Made by a program: the position numbers and the translations under genes. Source: Basidiobolus meristosporus CBS 931.73 (lineage: Eukaryota; Fungi; Basidiobolomycota). From it: DNA of 64,000 nt. The notes beneath the pieces are model-generated. The model did not search any database. It was not told the DNA's origin and was given only the letters and a program-made list of their open reading frames with translations. The DNA lies in contig MCFE01000033.1 of the NCBI GenBank assembly GCA_002104905.1, positions 62,001 to 126,000 of the forward strand. Reading direction: 5' to 3'. Shown here piece by piece: positions 24,607-37,949 of this stretch. Positions within the stretch are counted from its first letter, which is position 1. Every line of letters starts with the position of its first letter.

Positions 24607-25828
24607 ATTGTATAGGCTGTTTAGGAGTGAAGCTGAATTGATTACAAGGCAACTGTGTTGAGACAACCATTAAATACTCCAGTCGCTGTTTCAGAAATAT
24701 ACCGCTTGAGCTCTTGCCATCATTCACAATATTTCTTTATTAGTGATCGTACCACAGATGATCAGCTAGACCACTTGTGCCGCACAATGTTACTGTTCTC
24801 AGTTGGCGGTTATATTAATCCATTTTTCCTGCGCTCCTTTACCCATAATTTCTCAGGATCATTTACCCATAATTTCTTTTCTAGTTATGGTCATTTATCC
24901 AAATTTCCATCAGTGGCATTCGCGGAATTGTTCCAGAACGTCATTCCAGTCCACCAGCCCAGCGACCCGCAATAGAGTAATATGCCTTATGAACAGCCCG
25001 GAATTCCCTTGCTTTGAGCATCCTTGTTCCACGGTTGGAATGACTGTGAGAATCTGAACCCAATACAGCGTCGTCCAGAACCCTATACTGTCTACTATAT
25101 CTGACATAGTGTTAATTTGGAATATGCTTTTGATCTTTTTACCCGATTGCATTGGAATTATTAGTGTAGTGTGATATTCCATGCTCAAATGTTGCCAGAG
25201 TATTACTAATCTGTTGAATTGGTAGAGATCCTGGTTCAACTTATTCTAATGTTACTAAGCTTTCAGGCTCTTTCACTGATATATCGATATCATTTGTATT
25301 CGAAGCTTTACGCGCGGCTTATATATTTCAAACTCACCTAATCAGCCAAAAAGTAGATATTATACAATCGGAATTGTCCAGCTCATGGTCAATACTCCCC
25401 CAAAGCCAATTTCTCTGAAATCCATTGGGACTTTGTCAGTGCTAATTATTCAATCTCTTCAATGTAGTCCAAACAATTATGGAAACAAGAAAAAGATTAA
25501 CAAGTGCCCAGATCACTCAATACCAGTATGAAGTAAGCCTATTGTGTAGTACCAAACAGCTAGCTAAGCCCATAAAATACTTCCATGCTTCAAATCTCTA
25601 TTTGATATGCTACTCATTTGTGGAATATTTTCTGTTAGAACAAATAATGGCATGTAACCACAAACCCTATGAAAAAAAACTTGATGATCCTGTCAAAAGA
25701 CTGTGACAAAATTCAAATCCTAGGACCAAAAGGTATTGATGTTGTCAGAATACTGTGTAGACACTATTAGAAGAAAACAGCACCTCAGATTTCACAAAAA
25801 ACTTGGTCAAGATATAGCACCTCAATAG

Positions 25829-26177
25829 TGTTGTAAAAACTTGTAATTCCACCTAAATATTCACCTAACTTAGTCACTTAGATCACTACCTTTGAATCCT
25901 AGAGAATACTGGCCAAATTCCTTGTCAAGATTTACTTGGAATATTTTCACCAAAATACCAGGTACCCAGAGTATGAGAATCAGATAAGTTGTCCAAACAG
26001 CCCCAAACTTTGCACACATGCTCTTGGGACCTTCCTTAGCCTATTCTACATGTTTGTAATGCCAAGAACATGTAACAGTATAAATACTACTTTTACATTC
26101 AATAAATCATTAAGTGAAAACCACAAAATCTACTTGTTCTCTCAATCACTTCCTATATATCCAACACTCTTTCAACA
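25829..26177 (+). mobile_element. Solo LTR, copia family 1
   Basis: TGTTGTAA...TTCAACA termini, homologous to the 26930/31266 LTRs in opposite orientation, 5-bp TSD AATAG on both sides (25824-25828, 26178-26182). Confidence 0.9.
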
Positions 26178-26929
26178 AATAGGTCCTAGATTGCTTTTGA
26201 TTGGTTCTCTCCTATTTCTTGCACTTTCTGATTACAGACACTCAATCATCTCCTACATCAGTGTACATTGTGTTGCTATTACATCTTTTCAAATATCTTA
26301 CTTACTGACTCTACTGGTGCTTTTAGTTTTCAGGCATACAGATTGGCTTATATCTGTTTGGTCTTCAGATGTAAATCAATCCTTCATAGAACTAGCATAT
26401 ACTGTCATAAGTTTTGTAATTACCCCTAAATATTCACCTAACTTAGCCACTTAGATCATTACCTACAAATCTAAAAGAATCCTAATTAAGTTGCTTGCTG
26501 GGATTTACTTAAAAACCTAAAGTTGTCCATATAACTTCAACCTTGTACACATCTTCTTGGGGCCTTGCTAAGCATATGCCAAATGTTTGTTTTGCCAGCA
26601 GCAAGTCAAAGTTTTGATGCTACTTTACATACAACTAATCATTAAGCAAAAGCTACATTGTCTACTTGTTCTCTTGGTCCATTTGGAAATCTCCAAGACT
26701 TTCACAACCTGTAATAAGCCACAGGCTAACACTCCCTAGAATGCCTGCTACTTGAATTACTGGCCCTATGAAAATTATTATGATGATCCCATCAAAAGGC
26801 CATCACAATTTTAAGGTCCCATGATCAAGTAGTATTGATCCCATCAGGACACTGTGCAAAGACCGTCATGTTTTAAGAGTCTTGGAGATATTGGAAGTGA
26901 TTGGGAGTACAAGTAGATTATGTGGTCTT

Positions 26930-29900
26930 TGTTGTAAGAGTCTTGGAGATATTGGAAGTGATTTGGAGAACAAGTAGATTATGTGTTTTTCACTTAATGA
27001 TTTATTGAATGTAAAAGTGGTATTTATACTTTTACCTGGTCTTGGCATTACAAACACGTAGAATAGGCTAAGGAAGGTCCCAAGAACATGTGTGCAAAGT
27101 TTGGGGCTGTTTGGACAACTTTGAGAATTTTCATGTTCTGGGTACCTGGTATTTTGGTGAAAATATTCTAAGTAAATCCCGACAAGGAATTTGGTCAGTA
27201 TTCTCTAGGATTTGAAGGTGATGAGCTAAGTGACTAAGTTAGGTGAATATTTAGGTGGAAATACAAATTTTTACAACACTCCCACTCAGCTAAATGTTCA
27301 TACTGACTAGTCCTAATTTTGACCTAAGATATTCAAACTTGTCTCTAGCTAATGGTTTGGTAAATATGTCCGCAATCATTTCATCTGTAGAACAGTAAGC
27401 TAAGCTAACTAAGTTATTCTCTATAGCTTCACGTATGAAATGATGTCGAATATCTATGTGCTTGGTTCTAGCATGAAAAGTTGGATTTCTACCTAGTTGT
27501 ATACATCCTTGATTATCTTGAAATAAAGTAATAGGCGTTTTTTGACATAGGCCTAAATCTGCAAAGAGCTTTGTTAACCATATTGCTTCTTTTGTAGCTT
27601 CACAGGCTGCCATATACTCTGCCTCTGTAGTAGAAAGTGCTACGGTTGGTTGCTTTCTTGGATTCCATGAAATTGCTCCTTTACAGTAAAGAAAGGTGTA
27701 TCCTGTGGTGGATCTTCTGTCTTCTAAATTTCGTCCTCAATCAGCATCAGAGTATCCCACAAGATCCTGTTCTGAATCCTTATAAGTGTATCTTAAGCAG
27801 ATATCAGCAGTTCCTTTTAGGTATCTAAAAATCCACTTAACTGCTGCAATATGATCAGATCCATAATTCTGATTATGTTGGCTGACAACTCCCACTGAAT
27901 ATGAGATATCTGGACGTGTTCCAAGCATGATATACATCAGACTGCCGACCATAGATTGATAAGGAAAGTCAGGGCTTTCAGATGGCACCAAGCTCTCTTG
28001 ATTTGGTTGAGTTTTGACCAAGTTAAGGTTTGTCTCCATTGGGGTAGCTGCCGGTTTACAGTCTTCCATTTTGTACTTCTTTAGTATATCTTGAATATAC
28101 TTGGATTGGCTTAGGGTAAAAGTCTGGGTACTTCTGTCTATGGAGAACTTAATCCCTAAGTAGTAACTGAGTTCTCCTAGATTGGACATCTTGAACTCCT
28201 TAGATAGGCTGGATTTAGTCTCTTCCAATGTTTCTAGGTTATTAGTGGCTATAATAAGATCATCCACATATAGAGCTAATAGAACTGGATTTGCTCTATC
28301 TGGCTTATAGTATATACTATAGTCAGCATTACTCCTTTTGAAACTCAAAGATTCCAAATAAGAATCTATCTTGCAATTCCAGGCTCTTGGTGATTGTTTG
28401 AGACCATATAGTGACTTTTCAAGCTTGCAGACCAAATGGGGGTTATCTTGGTCAACAAACCCATCAGGTTGGTCCATATACATGTCCTCATCAAGTTCTC
28501 CATTCAAAAATGCAGTTTTTACATCCATTTGATGAATGAAAAACTTATATATGGCTGCAACAGCCAATATTGATCTGATGGAATTAAACTTGGCTACCGG
28601 TGCAAAGGTCTCAGTATAGTCAAGTCCTTTTGTTTGAGAGTATCCTTTGGCTACAAGTCTTGCTTTGTATCTTTCAACCGTACCATCAGCCTTGTATTTT
28701 GTCTTGAAGACCCATCTGCATGCAATTGATTTTTGGTTGATTGGTAATTTGACTAAGTCCCAAGTTTGATTTTCCATCAGGGCCTGATATTCCTCAGTCA
28801 TTGCAGATCTCCAAAACTTTGTCTGAGGGCTATTTAGGGCCTCTTTTACAGTCTGGGGTTCATCAATATGGACTGAATAGGCATAGGCTAAGTTTGTACC
28901 CTCATTAAAATAGTAATTTGGGCTATTTCTTGTCCGATTTGATCTCCAGGCATTTGATACTGGAATGATCACTTCTGGGATATTCCTGGGCACTGATTCT
29001 GGCTGAACCACAGTTGTAGAGTCCTCTGGAGTGAAAAAATTTTCATTGTTTTGCTCTGATTCAATCCTGACAATTGGTGGACTTGAGATCAAATTTTTGT
29101 CATCATCTGATGTCATTTTTTGTAAACATTTTGAATTTTCATCAAACAACACATCCCTGGACTTGATAAGCTTCTTTGCTTTGGTATTGTAGAGTCTGTA
29201 TGCCTTACTCTCATTGCAGTAGCCCAAAAATATGCATTTTACACTTTTTGGCTCAAATTTTGACTGATTTCTAGCCAGTTTTTTGGCATATGCTGTGCAC
29301 CCAAATATTCTTAGATGTTCTGCACTTGGTCTGTATCCATACCATGCTTCAAATGGAGTAGAATCATGAAGTATTCTGTTATAACTCCTATTTTTAAGGT
29401 ATACAGCAGTGGCAACTGATTCCGCCCAAAAATCATAGGATAATTTTTGATCATGGATCATAGATCTTGCCATATCAATTATTGATCTGTTAGCTTGTTC
29501 TGCTACTCCATTTTGCTGTGGGGAGTATGGTACAGTAGTCTCTTGCTTTATCCCATGAATTTTGCAGAAGTGGATGAAGAGTTTTGGGGTATATTCTCCA
29601 CCATTGTCAGAGCGTATTTTCTTCATTTTTTCACCAGTTTCTCTCTCCACCATGGCTTTAAACTCCCTGAACTTAGACAGAGTTTCTTCCTTTCTCTCCA
29701 TGAAGTAGACCCATGTGTATCTTGTATAATCATCAATAAAAGAGATTAAATACTTCATCCCACCTAAGGATAAATTTTGCATAGGTCCACACAGATCTGA
29801 GTGAATTAGATCTAATTTTTTCTTAGTTTTGATTAACCCAGAGCTCTTGAGCAGTTGTCTGGATTGTTTCCCATATATGCAGGCTTCACAGTGCTCCAAA

Positions 29901-31612
29901 TTAGCTGGGGGATCAATTTTTACTCCAGAAATTAGCTGATCTTTGATCATTTTGCGCAAATAATCAAAATTGATGTGCCCAAATCTCCTGTGCCAAAGCA
30001 TTGGTGTTTCTTCATTTAAGTTACTTATATTGGCTTCCAGATATGATGCAATATAAGTCAACTTACATAGATTCTGATCTCTGATGCCCAAAGCAATATG
30101 AGCACCATTTTGATCAGTGATCCTCCATCCAGAATTGTCAAAACTGAAACTGAGTCCTTCTGCTGTGGCCTTGCTTACAGAGAGTAGGTTCTTGGCTATT
30201 TCTGGTACATAGAGTACTTCTTTAAAGGTCAGTGTATGGCTTCCTTCACTACTTCTAAGGTTTACTTGGATAGTTTCTTCTCCCACTGCATCAAGTGTTC
30301 TATTGTCACCCATGAAAACCTTCTTAATTGGAATTTGTTGATATTGGGTAAAAAGTTCTTTTTGGTGTGTAAAGTGTTGAGAAGCTCCAGAGTCAATATA
30401 CCACGTCTGAGAATCCTTGTTTGTGGTCATATTTAGTGCAGATATGAATAGTCTATCTTCAGTTGTTGCAGCATTTCCATATTCAGGCTTCTTTTGCTGA
30501 TAATCTCTCTTTTTGAAACACCGGTCTGATGTGTGTCCTTTCCTTTTGCAGTAGTTGCAAAATAGGTTGCTGTTGCCTTTGTAGGGTCTTGGGTACCTCC
30601 TTTGTTGGTTATCATTGCTTATTAAAGCATTTTCTTCTTCCTTCTTATTGGCGCTTGATTTTCTTAATTCTTCATCCAGGAGCCTTCCATATACGTAGTT
30701 TAAGGTCAAATCTTCAGTTCTGGACTCTAGGGCTGATACAAGGCCCTGAAACTTGTCTGTCAGGCTATTCAGGATGGTAACTATCACATCCTCATCAGTA
30801 GTTGGTACACCCACAGATTCCATCTCATCTACCAGCAGGGTAATTCTGTTAATTAGATTTTTCATTTCTTCTCCTGGCAGCATCTTTGTAGTAAAGAATT
30901 TTCTTCTCAGATACATTTTCTTGGCAGCTGAACATGACTGGTAGGTGTCTTCTAATGCCTTCCAGGCATTCTTTGCCGTTTTTGCTCTTGAGCATTGAAT
31001 TAGCAATTTGTCCTTGACATTAAGGCAAATGCAGTTAAAGGCACTTTGTTCTTTCTTCTGGTACTTTAAGGCTTCCTCTCCCACGTTTTTAGGAGGGCAT
31101 TCTTCTCCCATGACAATATCCCAAAGGCCTCTTTCTTGCAGCATCATCTTCATCTTCACCTTCCACACTTGGTAGTTAGATCCATCCAACTTTTCAGCAG
31201 AGGGAAAAATTCCAGTAATAGCAGTAGTAGACATTGCAGAGAGTGACAGCTTGGGGCTCTTAACCTGTTGTAAGAGTCTTGGAGATATTGGAAGTGATTT
31301 GGAGAACAAGTAGATTATGTGTTTTCACTTAATGATTTATTGAATGTAAAAGTGGTATTTATACTTTTACCTGGTCTTGGCATTACAAACACGTAGAATA
31401 GGTTAAGGAAGGTCCCAAGAACATGTGTGCAAAGTTTGGGGCTGTTTGGACAACTTTGAGAATTTTCATGTTCTGGGTACCTGGTATTTTGGTGAAAATA
31501 TTCTAAGTAAATCCCAACAAGGAATTTGGTCAGTATTCTCTAGGATTTGAAGGTGATGATCTAAGTGACCAAGTTAGGTGAATATTTAGGTGGAAATACG
31601 AATTTTACAACA
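26930..31612 (-). mobile_element. Full-length Ty1/copia LTR retrotransposon (family 1), one premature stop
   Basis: LTRs 31266-31612 and 26930-27278 (TG...CA, 5 substitutions + 2 indels), TSD GTCTT both sides, PBS GGTTAAGAGCCC after the 5' LTR, PPT GAGTGGGAG before the 3' LTR. Confidence 0.97.
27290..31234 (-). pseudogene. copia gag-pol (gag, Zn knuckle, protease, integrase, RT, RNase H)
   Basis: CNYCKRKGHTSDRC, WYIDSGASQH, LWHRRFGH, HSDLCGP/FIDD/SDNGGEY, KARLVAKGYSQ, LYVDDL. Open until YSDAD* (TGA at 27737-27739 where W is expected); RNase H continues in frame (RRSTTGY...STTEAEYMA...TKHIDIRHHF) to 27290. Confidence 0.93.
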
Positions 31613-32145
31613 GTCTTCACCTAATGATGTATTGAATGTAAAAGTAGTATTTATAGTTTTACATGCTCTTGGCATAACAGACATGTAGAGTAGGTTTAGG
31701 AGGGTCCCAAGACCATGTGTACACGGTTTGGGGCTGCTTGAGCAACTTTGAGAATACTCATGTTCTGGGTACCTAATATTTTGTTAATAATATTCTAAGT
31801 AAATCCCAACAAGGATTTTAGTCAGTATGCTCTGAGATTTGAAGGTAATGATCTAAGTGACTAAGTTAGATGAATATTTAGGTGGAATTACAAACACTCC
31901 CACTCAACTTGATACTTATACTGACTAGTCCTTATTATGGCCCAAGATATTCAAACTTGTCTCTAGTCAATGGTTTGGTAAATATGTCTGCAATCATTTC
32001 ATCTGTAGGATTGTAGGCTAAGTTAGCACAGTTATTCTCTATAGCTTCATGTATGAAATGATGTCTAATAACTATGAGCTTAGTTCTAGCATGAGAAGTT
32101 GGATTTCCACCTAATTGTATACATCCTTGATTATCTTGAAATAAA

Positions 32146-35100
32146 CCCTATGAAAAATAATTTGGTCCCACAGGTGGATCCAATCCGGATCAGCTGTCAG
32201 GATCCTCTTGAGAGACCATCATAATACCAGCAGCTTGGAATTAGTGACCCTCCTAACAATCTTATGATGGGATCATGATGGTGTCTTGCTAATTTTACAA
32301 CCAAATAAAGGGAAAAAACTTGACAATATTCTATTGGTGCTGTGACAATATTTGCGTGGTGTTGTTGCAGTCTTTTAGCACCCTATAACTATTTTAAGTG
32401 GATCCAGTTGGCCAGAACATCCAATTGCCTTATATAGCAAGAAACTTGACAGTATTTTGATGGCCTCACAGCAAGACTCTGATGGCATTATATTGGCAGT
32501 ATGATGGCCTACCACTGGCTCTGTATATTGCTACTGTACCAATTTACCAAATGGTATTTCCTTTTTCTACCATCCCTTGTGCAACTCATTTATTCCACTA
32601 TAGAATCACCCCTCTTTATTTGCTTACTCATTACTACCTTGGGTATTCCACATATAGTTTGAACCAAAAAAAACTATGGCCTCCTGCTTACTAACCTCTA
32701 CAAATGCGCACACCTGACGCAATTGACATACTTCTATTACATCAACTTTATGGCTTTTTAGTGTGATACTTGCAACATTACCATATACCTTGTACTGCTG
32801 GTAACATATACATCTTGCAAACATATGTCTGGTTGTTGCCACTTCTGCCATGAATACCTCCTGAATATCCGCAAAGTACTTCTTGGTATTTAGCCAATAT
32901 ATTCCTTCTCCCTGCTGGATTCTAGTCCCCCTTATAGGTGTGCTCTGGCTTTTGTTTGTGTGAATTCCATATTGAATGGTTTAAAGGTGGCTTGTGACCA
33001 TGAGAAATCCAGCATACCTTGGTGGAGTTTTCCTAACAAAAATTAGTTGCTTGTTGCACCTAACCTAACTTTGCATTACTTAATTAATTACTCTTGCATT
33101 GGGGCTGCTTAGCTTCTTAATACCATAGACATAGGTGACTCCATGTGCACATTTGTCCTCAGCATCTTCCAACTTTTTCCGGCTGTCCTCCATGTGCCAA
33201 CTCATCACATCCATGATGGACTTGAAGGTAATATTCTTGATGAGATTGGGATATGGTAGTACCTGCAACTTGACCTGTCTTCCAATCTCCCTACACCTCT
33301 GCTCCATAGGAAACTCCCAAAAGGTGAAGCAAGGCCCAATATTCTCCACACACCATGCAGGATGGAGTAGAGAATGGATACAGTAGCAGCAGAGATCTAT
33401 GTGTTCAGCTTTATGTTTGTAGTATAGCCGCTCAAATCCTGTCACAAACTCCTCACACAACAGCTGTAGATGCGTCAAGTTGGCATTGGTGATCCGCCTC
33501 TGGATAAATATTCCTACAATGTCCACATATGGCTCCCAATGCTTCCAATGTACTCTTGGTAGGAATGGCTTCAGAACACCACTTAAACAAATACATATCC
33601 AGTTCATCCAGTCTTTGCATTTGCATTGTTGCATATGCGTATGAATATTAATTGGCACCCATGAGAAGTACTTAGGGTAGCAAATACTCTGTAATATCTT
33701 GCCAATTCTTTCAAACTTCTCCGGTATATCAAAGGGCTCATTTAGCTTGAAATGCCACATGGACAACTTGGTCATCAGTACAGGGATATTGTTGAAATAC
33801 AAATGCATTGCTCCCAGTGGAAAGCTTTTGCTCCAACAGATACCCTCTATCTTAAGTATCTCTGGTTTCCAATTGATTCCATATTCCAACCAATGGCTTA
33901 TAGCTTGCTAATTTTGCAGCAATTACATGCTTACTTCTGTATATTCTCTCTGTGGAAAGATGATGTTCTTAGTGCTGGTGTTAGGTTAGTAATAATGTGT
34001 GTGAGTTATGGAGTAAATCCCCAGGATCTCACACATTTGACAGCAATACTGTCCATTGTGCCTGGAAAAACCTGCTATCTTGCTGATGGCTGGGGTATCT
34101 CCAATGCAGATAATAATATGCACTTTTACATGATGGCCATTTACCATTATCCTACTGGAAAGCATACAAAATTCATCCAGCAATGGAAACAGGTAGCTAT
34201 CCAGGTTGGATAGTGATTTATGCCCAGATACCAGTGAGACTACCAGCAGATTATTGTTCTGATACCATAAGATGGGCGGCAGATTCAGATTGATGAGAAT
34301 CAGTGGCTAGCAGGATTTACTGGTAGAGTACTTATTTAATGAGAATCCATCAAGTGCTAAAGCAAAGGCATGGTCAAACATAACTTCAAAGTAGCCCTTG
34401 CTTCTTAGCTCTTTGTAATGTTTGCCATCCAATATATTGGATATGCTTGCACTTGATTGATACTGATTGCGGTACTGTATAGCTTTGCAATATTTGTTGG
34501 ACTGCATCTGCTTCCTCAGATGGGGTATGGCCTGAATATATCCGGAGTGCGTGCAATATTTTCCCTTGATGGTGGTGGATTCCTGGCAATTTGGACATGT
34601 GGCAATGATAGCATATTAGATGTGAATGCCATGCAATTGTTAACACATACTGGAATCAGGACAGTTTCTGGATCATATGTTGCCAGCCACATGACAGTTG
34701 TCCACTTGTACCATGTACATGGTTAGTGGCATCTTGGTATGATTTTAGCAAGAAGTAGTAATAAATCCTCAAAGCCCCCATTACTGATATTAGTGGAAAT
34801 GCACCACTTCTCTAGCCACAACATTACATCATTCACCAGTAGATGGATTGCTGGGCTCACTTGGCTTCATAAAGTATCCTTGGCATTTGTTTCAATGGGT
34901 GCTGTCTCATTGCTTATAGGGACTTGACCAGGCTGATACATGGTACTTTTGTTAGGGGAGATAGGCTCAAAATCCATCAGCAAACCTTTTTTGTCAGAGC
35001 TATCACTCTGTGTACCATATTCAGAAGGCTGAGGTGAGCCTAAAGGCATCACAAATTCACCTGACTCAGTTTGTGCAAGGTGACAAAGATGGCCAGGTGC

Positions 35101-36290
35101 CAATATAGAAGTACTAACTGGCTGGCAAGATAATGCTGATACAGTAGTGCATGATGAATAGTCAAATATGACTTGGGTGGCAAAACACTGGCCATGATCC
35201 TTGTAATACTTCCTATGCTGTCTGCATGCCTCATTGCTGAGAGGCTTGCCACAATAGCAACATGGTCTTATTTCTCTTCTCTTACAGCATTAAGTCAAAG
35301 CAGTTTTGTCCATAGGGCAAACAGTTTGACCTTCAACAACATGATGCTATTATATCACCTCTTGGTCAATACTCATGTGAACTTGAGACAGTCTTGTACT
35401 TGAGACATTGCACCTACATGAATGTAAGATTCAATGATGACCTGCAATAGTAAGCATTATAAATAAAGTTGTGGCACCACATACACACATATATGTAACA
35501 CTATTTCCCCTTTGGCATAACTCACTTCCATATATATGCCGCCAAAAAATAAAGCAAAGTTGTCTGGTTCTAAACCAAACCCCTCCACTGATGGCAACAG
35601 AAGAATGGTTGGACAACAGCTTGCTTTGACATTCAGTGCAACAAGTGGGGCTACATCCAAAAAAGGCCCTGTGGACAGTGCGCCCATTAATGGTAATAAT
35701 GTAGACTCCTCAGGTTCTCAATCAAGTAGGCAATTGAGAACCTCTGTGTAGCCACAAGCTGACTGTTATGCTCAGGCAGATGAGAATGCAGCAAACACAG
35801 TACACTCAGTTGAAGATCAGTAAGTGGCCATAATAACAGCACCACCACCCATATTAGCAGGTATGTTGTCAGCTCATACCAAAGCATTAATGAAGCTACT
35901 AGGTGCAGTGGCTGATAGGATAGATGCAATGGCCCAGAGAAATCAGGAAATACTCCAGAAACAGGATGAGTGGATAATATGCATAGAGCAATCAATATCC
36001 CAGGTAGACAAAGCAGCATCTTTGCTGCAAAGAAGGAACTTAAGTAGCTCAGTTTCACAGCCAAGAATTGAGCCATTTCCTGATGTAACAGCAGAGGAGC
36101 ACTATACAGACTTTGAAGCACAGCAACAGTCCCCAAAGATAAAGTCCACAGAAGAACCTATCACAGTTTGAGAGGTAGACAATGTGGTGTTTATACCAAA
36201 GTCTGAAAATTAAAATACATTGAGGATATGTGAAGCCAACAAGTGCAACAATGAAGAGTGGCTTCAGCTTTCTACTCAAGTTCTTCCATC
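32146..36290 (-). mobile_element. CACTA/EnSpm (CMC) DNA transposon copy A, degenerate
   Basis: Terminus CCCTATGAAAA...; Tnp2-type transposase fragments AFALALDGF, IICIGDTPAISK...YCCQMC, IHSLLH...GPCFTFWEFPME at ~33050-35400 on minus; divergent ORF at 35536-36290. Inner boundary approximate. Confidence 0.82.
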
Positions 36291-37929
36291 TATTTCAACT
36301 CTCTGAGCTATCTAGTTCAACTAGATTAATGAGTAGTGCCCAAATATCTGTATGAAGGCTCATCATAGACACTTGGACCATACTAAAATCATTTGGCAAG
36401 AACTCAAGCGGATCCAACATTGACTTTTCCGGTCTGGAGCATGCTTGCAAGCTAGGGGATGGGTTTTGTCTGGGTTGTACTAAAGATGAGGTGAGACTTG
36501 GTATAGGGACCATAGTGATGGATTTGGATACTTATACAGTGATGTATTGGCATCAACCTGGTCTTATATGAAATATGTATGAAAACTAATGTGATTGTTG
36601 AATTGTCTGTATATTATGCATGATGCATCTCAGACTACATTGACAGGGATCAGATCACATCAATTGCAGATTTCCTATTTCATTATAGACTTGTGAGTAA
36701 AACATCAATAAAAATACCCAGTCATTGTTTAAGGATGATTTTTGCAGCATAATGATGGGATACATGGCAATTGATGGAGATTTAATCATAATGCATGGAA
36801 AATCAGATAAATAAAGCTGATCATGCCAAATCAAATCAAATCATCTCTGTGCAATCTCTTCCAATTTTAATATGATATACTCATCTGAATAGTCTTTTCT
36901 CATCAATCCCAACACTACCACTGGATTTCCTTTTGACACACTAGAGGAGATCTATACAAAGTACTGGGGTCCATCTACCCCAATCTACTCAAGGAGATCC
37001 CTAGTTAAGCTTCTCTGCTATTATAGGAACTATTGCCCTACAAGGTTTCATCCCACCATCCATGGCAACAAAAGTCCTAGAAGCTTTCATTTTCAAATGA
37101 CAGCAATGGAGAGCCACCTTGCAGAGGGTATGAATGACTTAGAGCAAGCTTGGAATACTAGGTTTAGAAGCTCAAATAGACTTCCATATCCCTGAGTGTT
37201 CAGCAACAGGTTCCATATAAGGAGTATTTTGGATACCTTCCCAGTCAGGATTAACAGAGCTTCTAGAGGGCAGAGGCACTTTTATTCTGGCAAGTACAAG
37301 GCACACTGTGTGAAGTTTCAAGCACTGTCTGACATTGAGGGTAACATCATCTGGTTTAGTGAGCCATTTGCTGGAAGTGAGCATGACAAAGCACTCTGGG
37401 TAGAGAGTCATCCAGAGTTCAGTAGAGGGGAGAAATGTATGGCAAACTTAGCTTATATAGGAGAGGATTGTCAGAGATTAGGATGTATTACAGCTTACAG
37501 GAAGCCAAGGAATGGAGTGCTTAGCAGGATGCAGAAGCTCTACAATGAGATATTTAATTATTTCAGAGTGAGGGCAGAGCATACATTTTGATGTCTGAAG
37601 ATATTCAGCATATTGGCAGGTAAATACAGAGGAAAGTCATATATAGGAGAACACAGCAGAATAGATAAATAGTTAAGATACTTATCAATGCACAGTATAT
37701 TCATACAAGAAGATATCCACTGAGAGAAATGTGTCTGGAGCATTATGACAAGTAAATAAAGCAAGGAAAGCACTACTCTGAGCAACATAAGTAAAATTGA
37801 GTAAAATTACCAGTAACTATAGCCTACCACTGGCATGATGGTAGAAATTATAGTGCCAGATAGTGCCAGATCAATCCAGCACTCTAAACAGGCTGGCACT
37901 ATGTGGCACTATCCAACAGAACAAGTCTA
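36290..37929 (+). mobile_element. ISL2EU/Harbinger-like element, partial (ORF2 5' part + DDE_Tnp_4 transposase + TIR)
   Basis: ILDTFPV...YSGKYKAHCVKFQ...GSEHD...RVRAEHTF; ends ...AACAGAACAAGTCTA followed by AT (37930-37931). Confidence 0.8.
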
Positions 37930-37949
37930 ATGTATTATGTGGTATATTA

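Larger units (their letters stand above)
26869..32145 (-). mobile_element. Older copia family-1 3' end (split LTR + RNase H tail) hosting the intact element
   Basis: LTR start at 26869-26929 resumes at 31618-31896 after the GTCTT duplication, followed by PPT and RNase H tail sequence to 32145, where a CACTA end truncates it. Confidence 0.85.

Noticed and set aside
24655-25239. Short ORFs and a 16-bp direct repeat (TTTACCCATAATTTCT x2) upstream of the phosphorylase
   Set aside because: No protein similarity recognised; repeat too short to interpret.
27737-27739. Programmed readthrough or A-to-I repair of the copia TGA at the RNase H Trp
   Set aside because: A single G-to-A nonsense mutation in a transition-rich region is simpler; no supporting signal visible.
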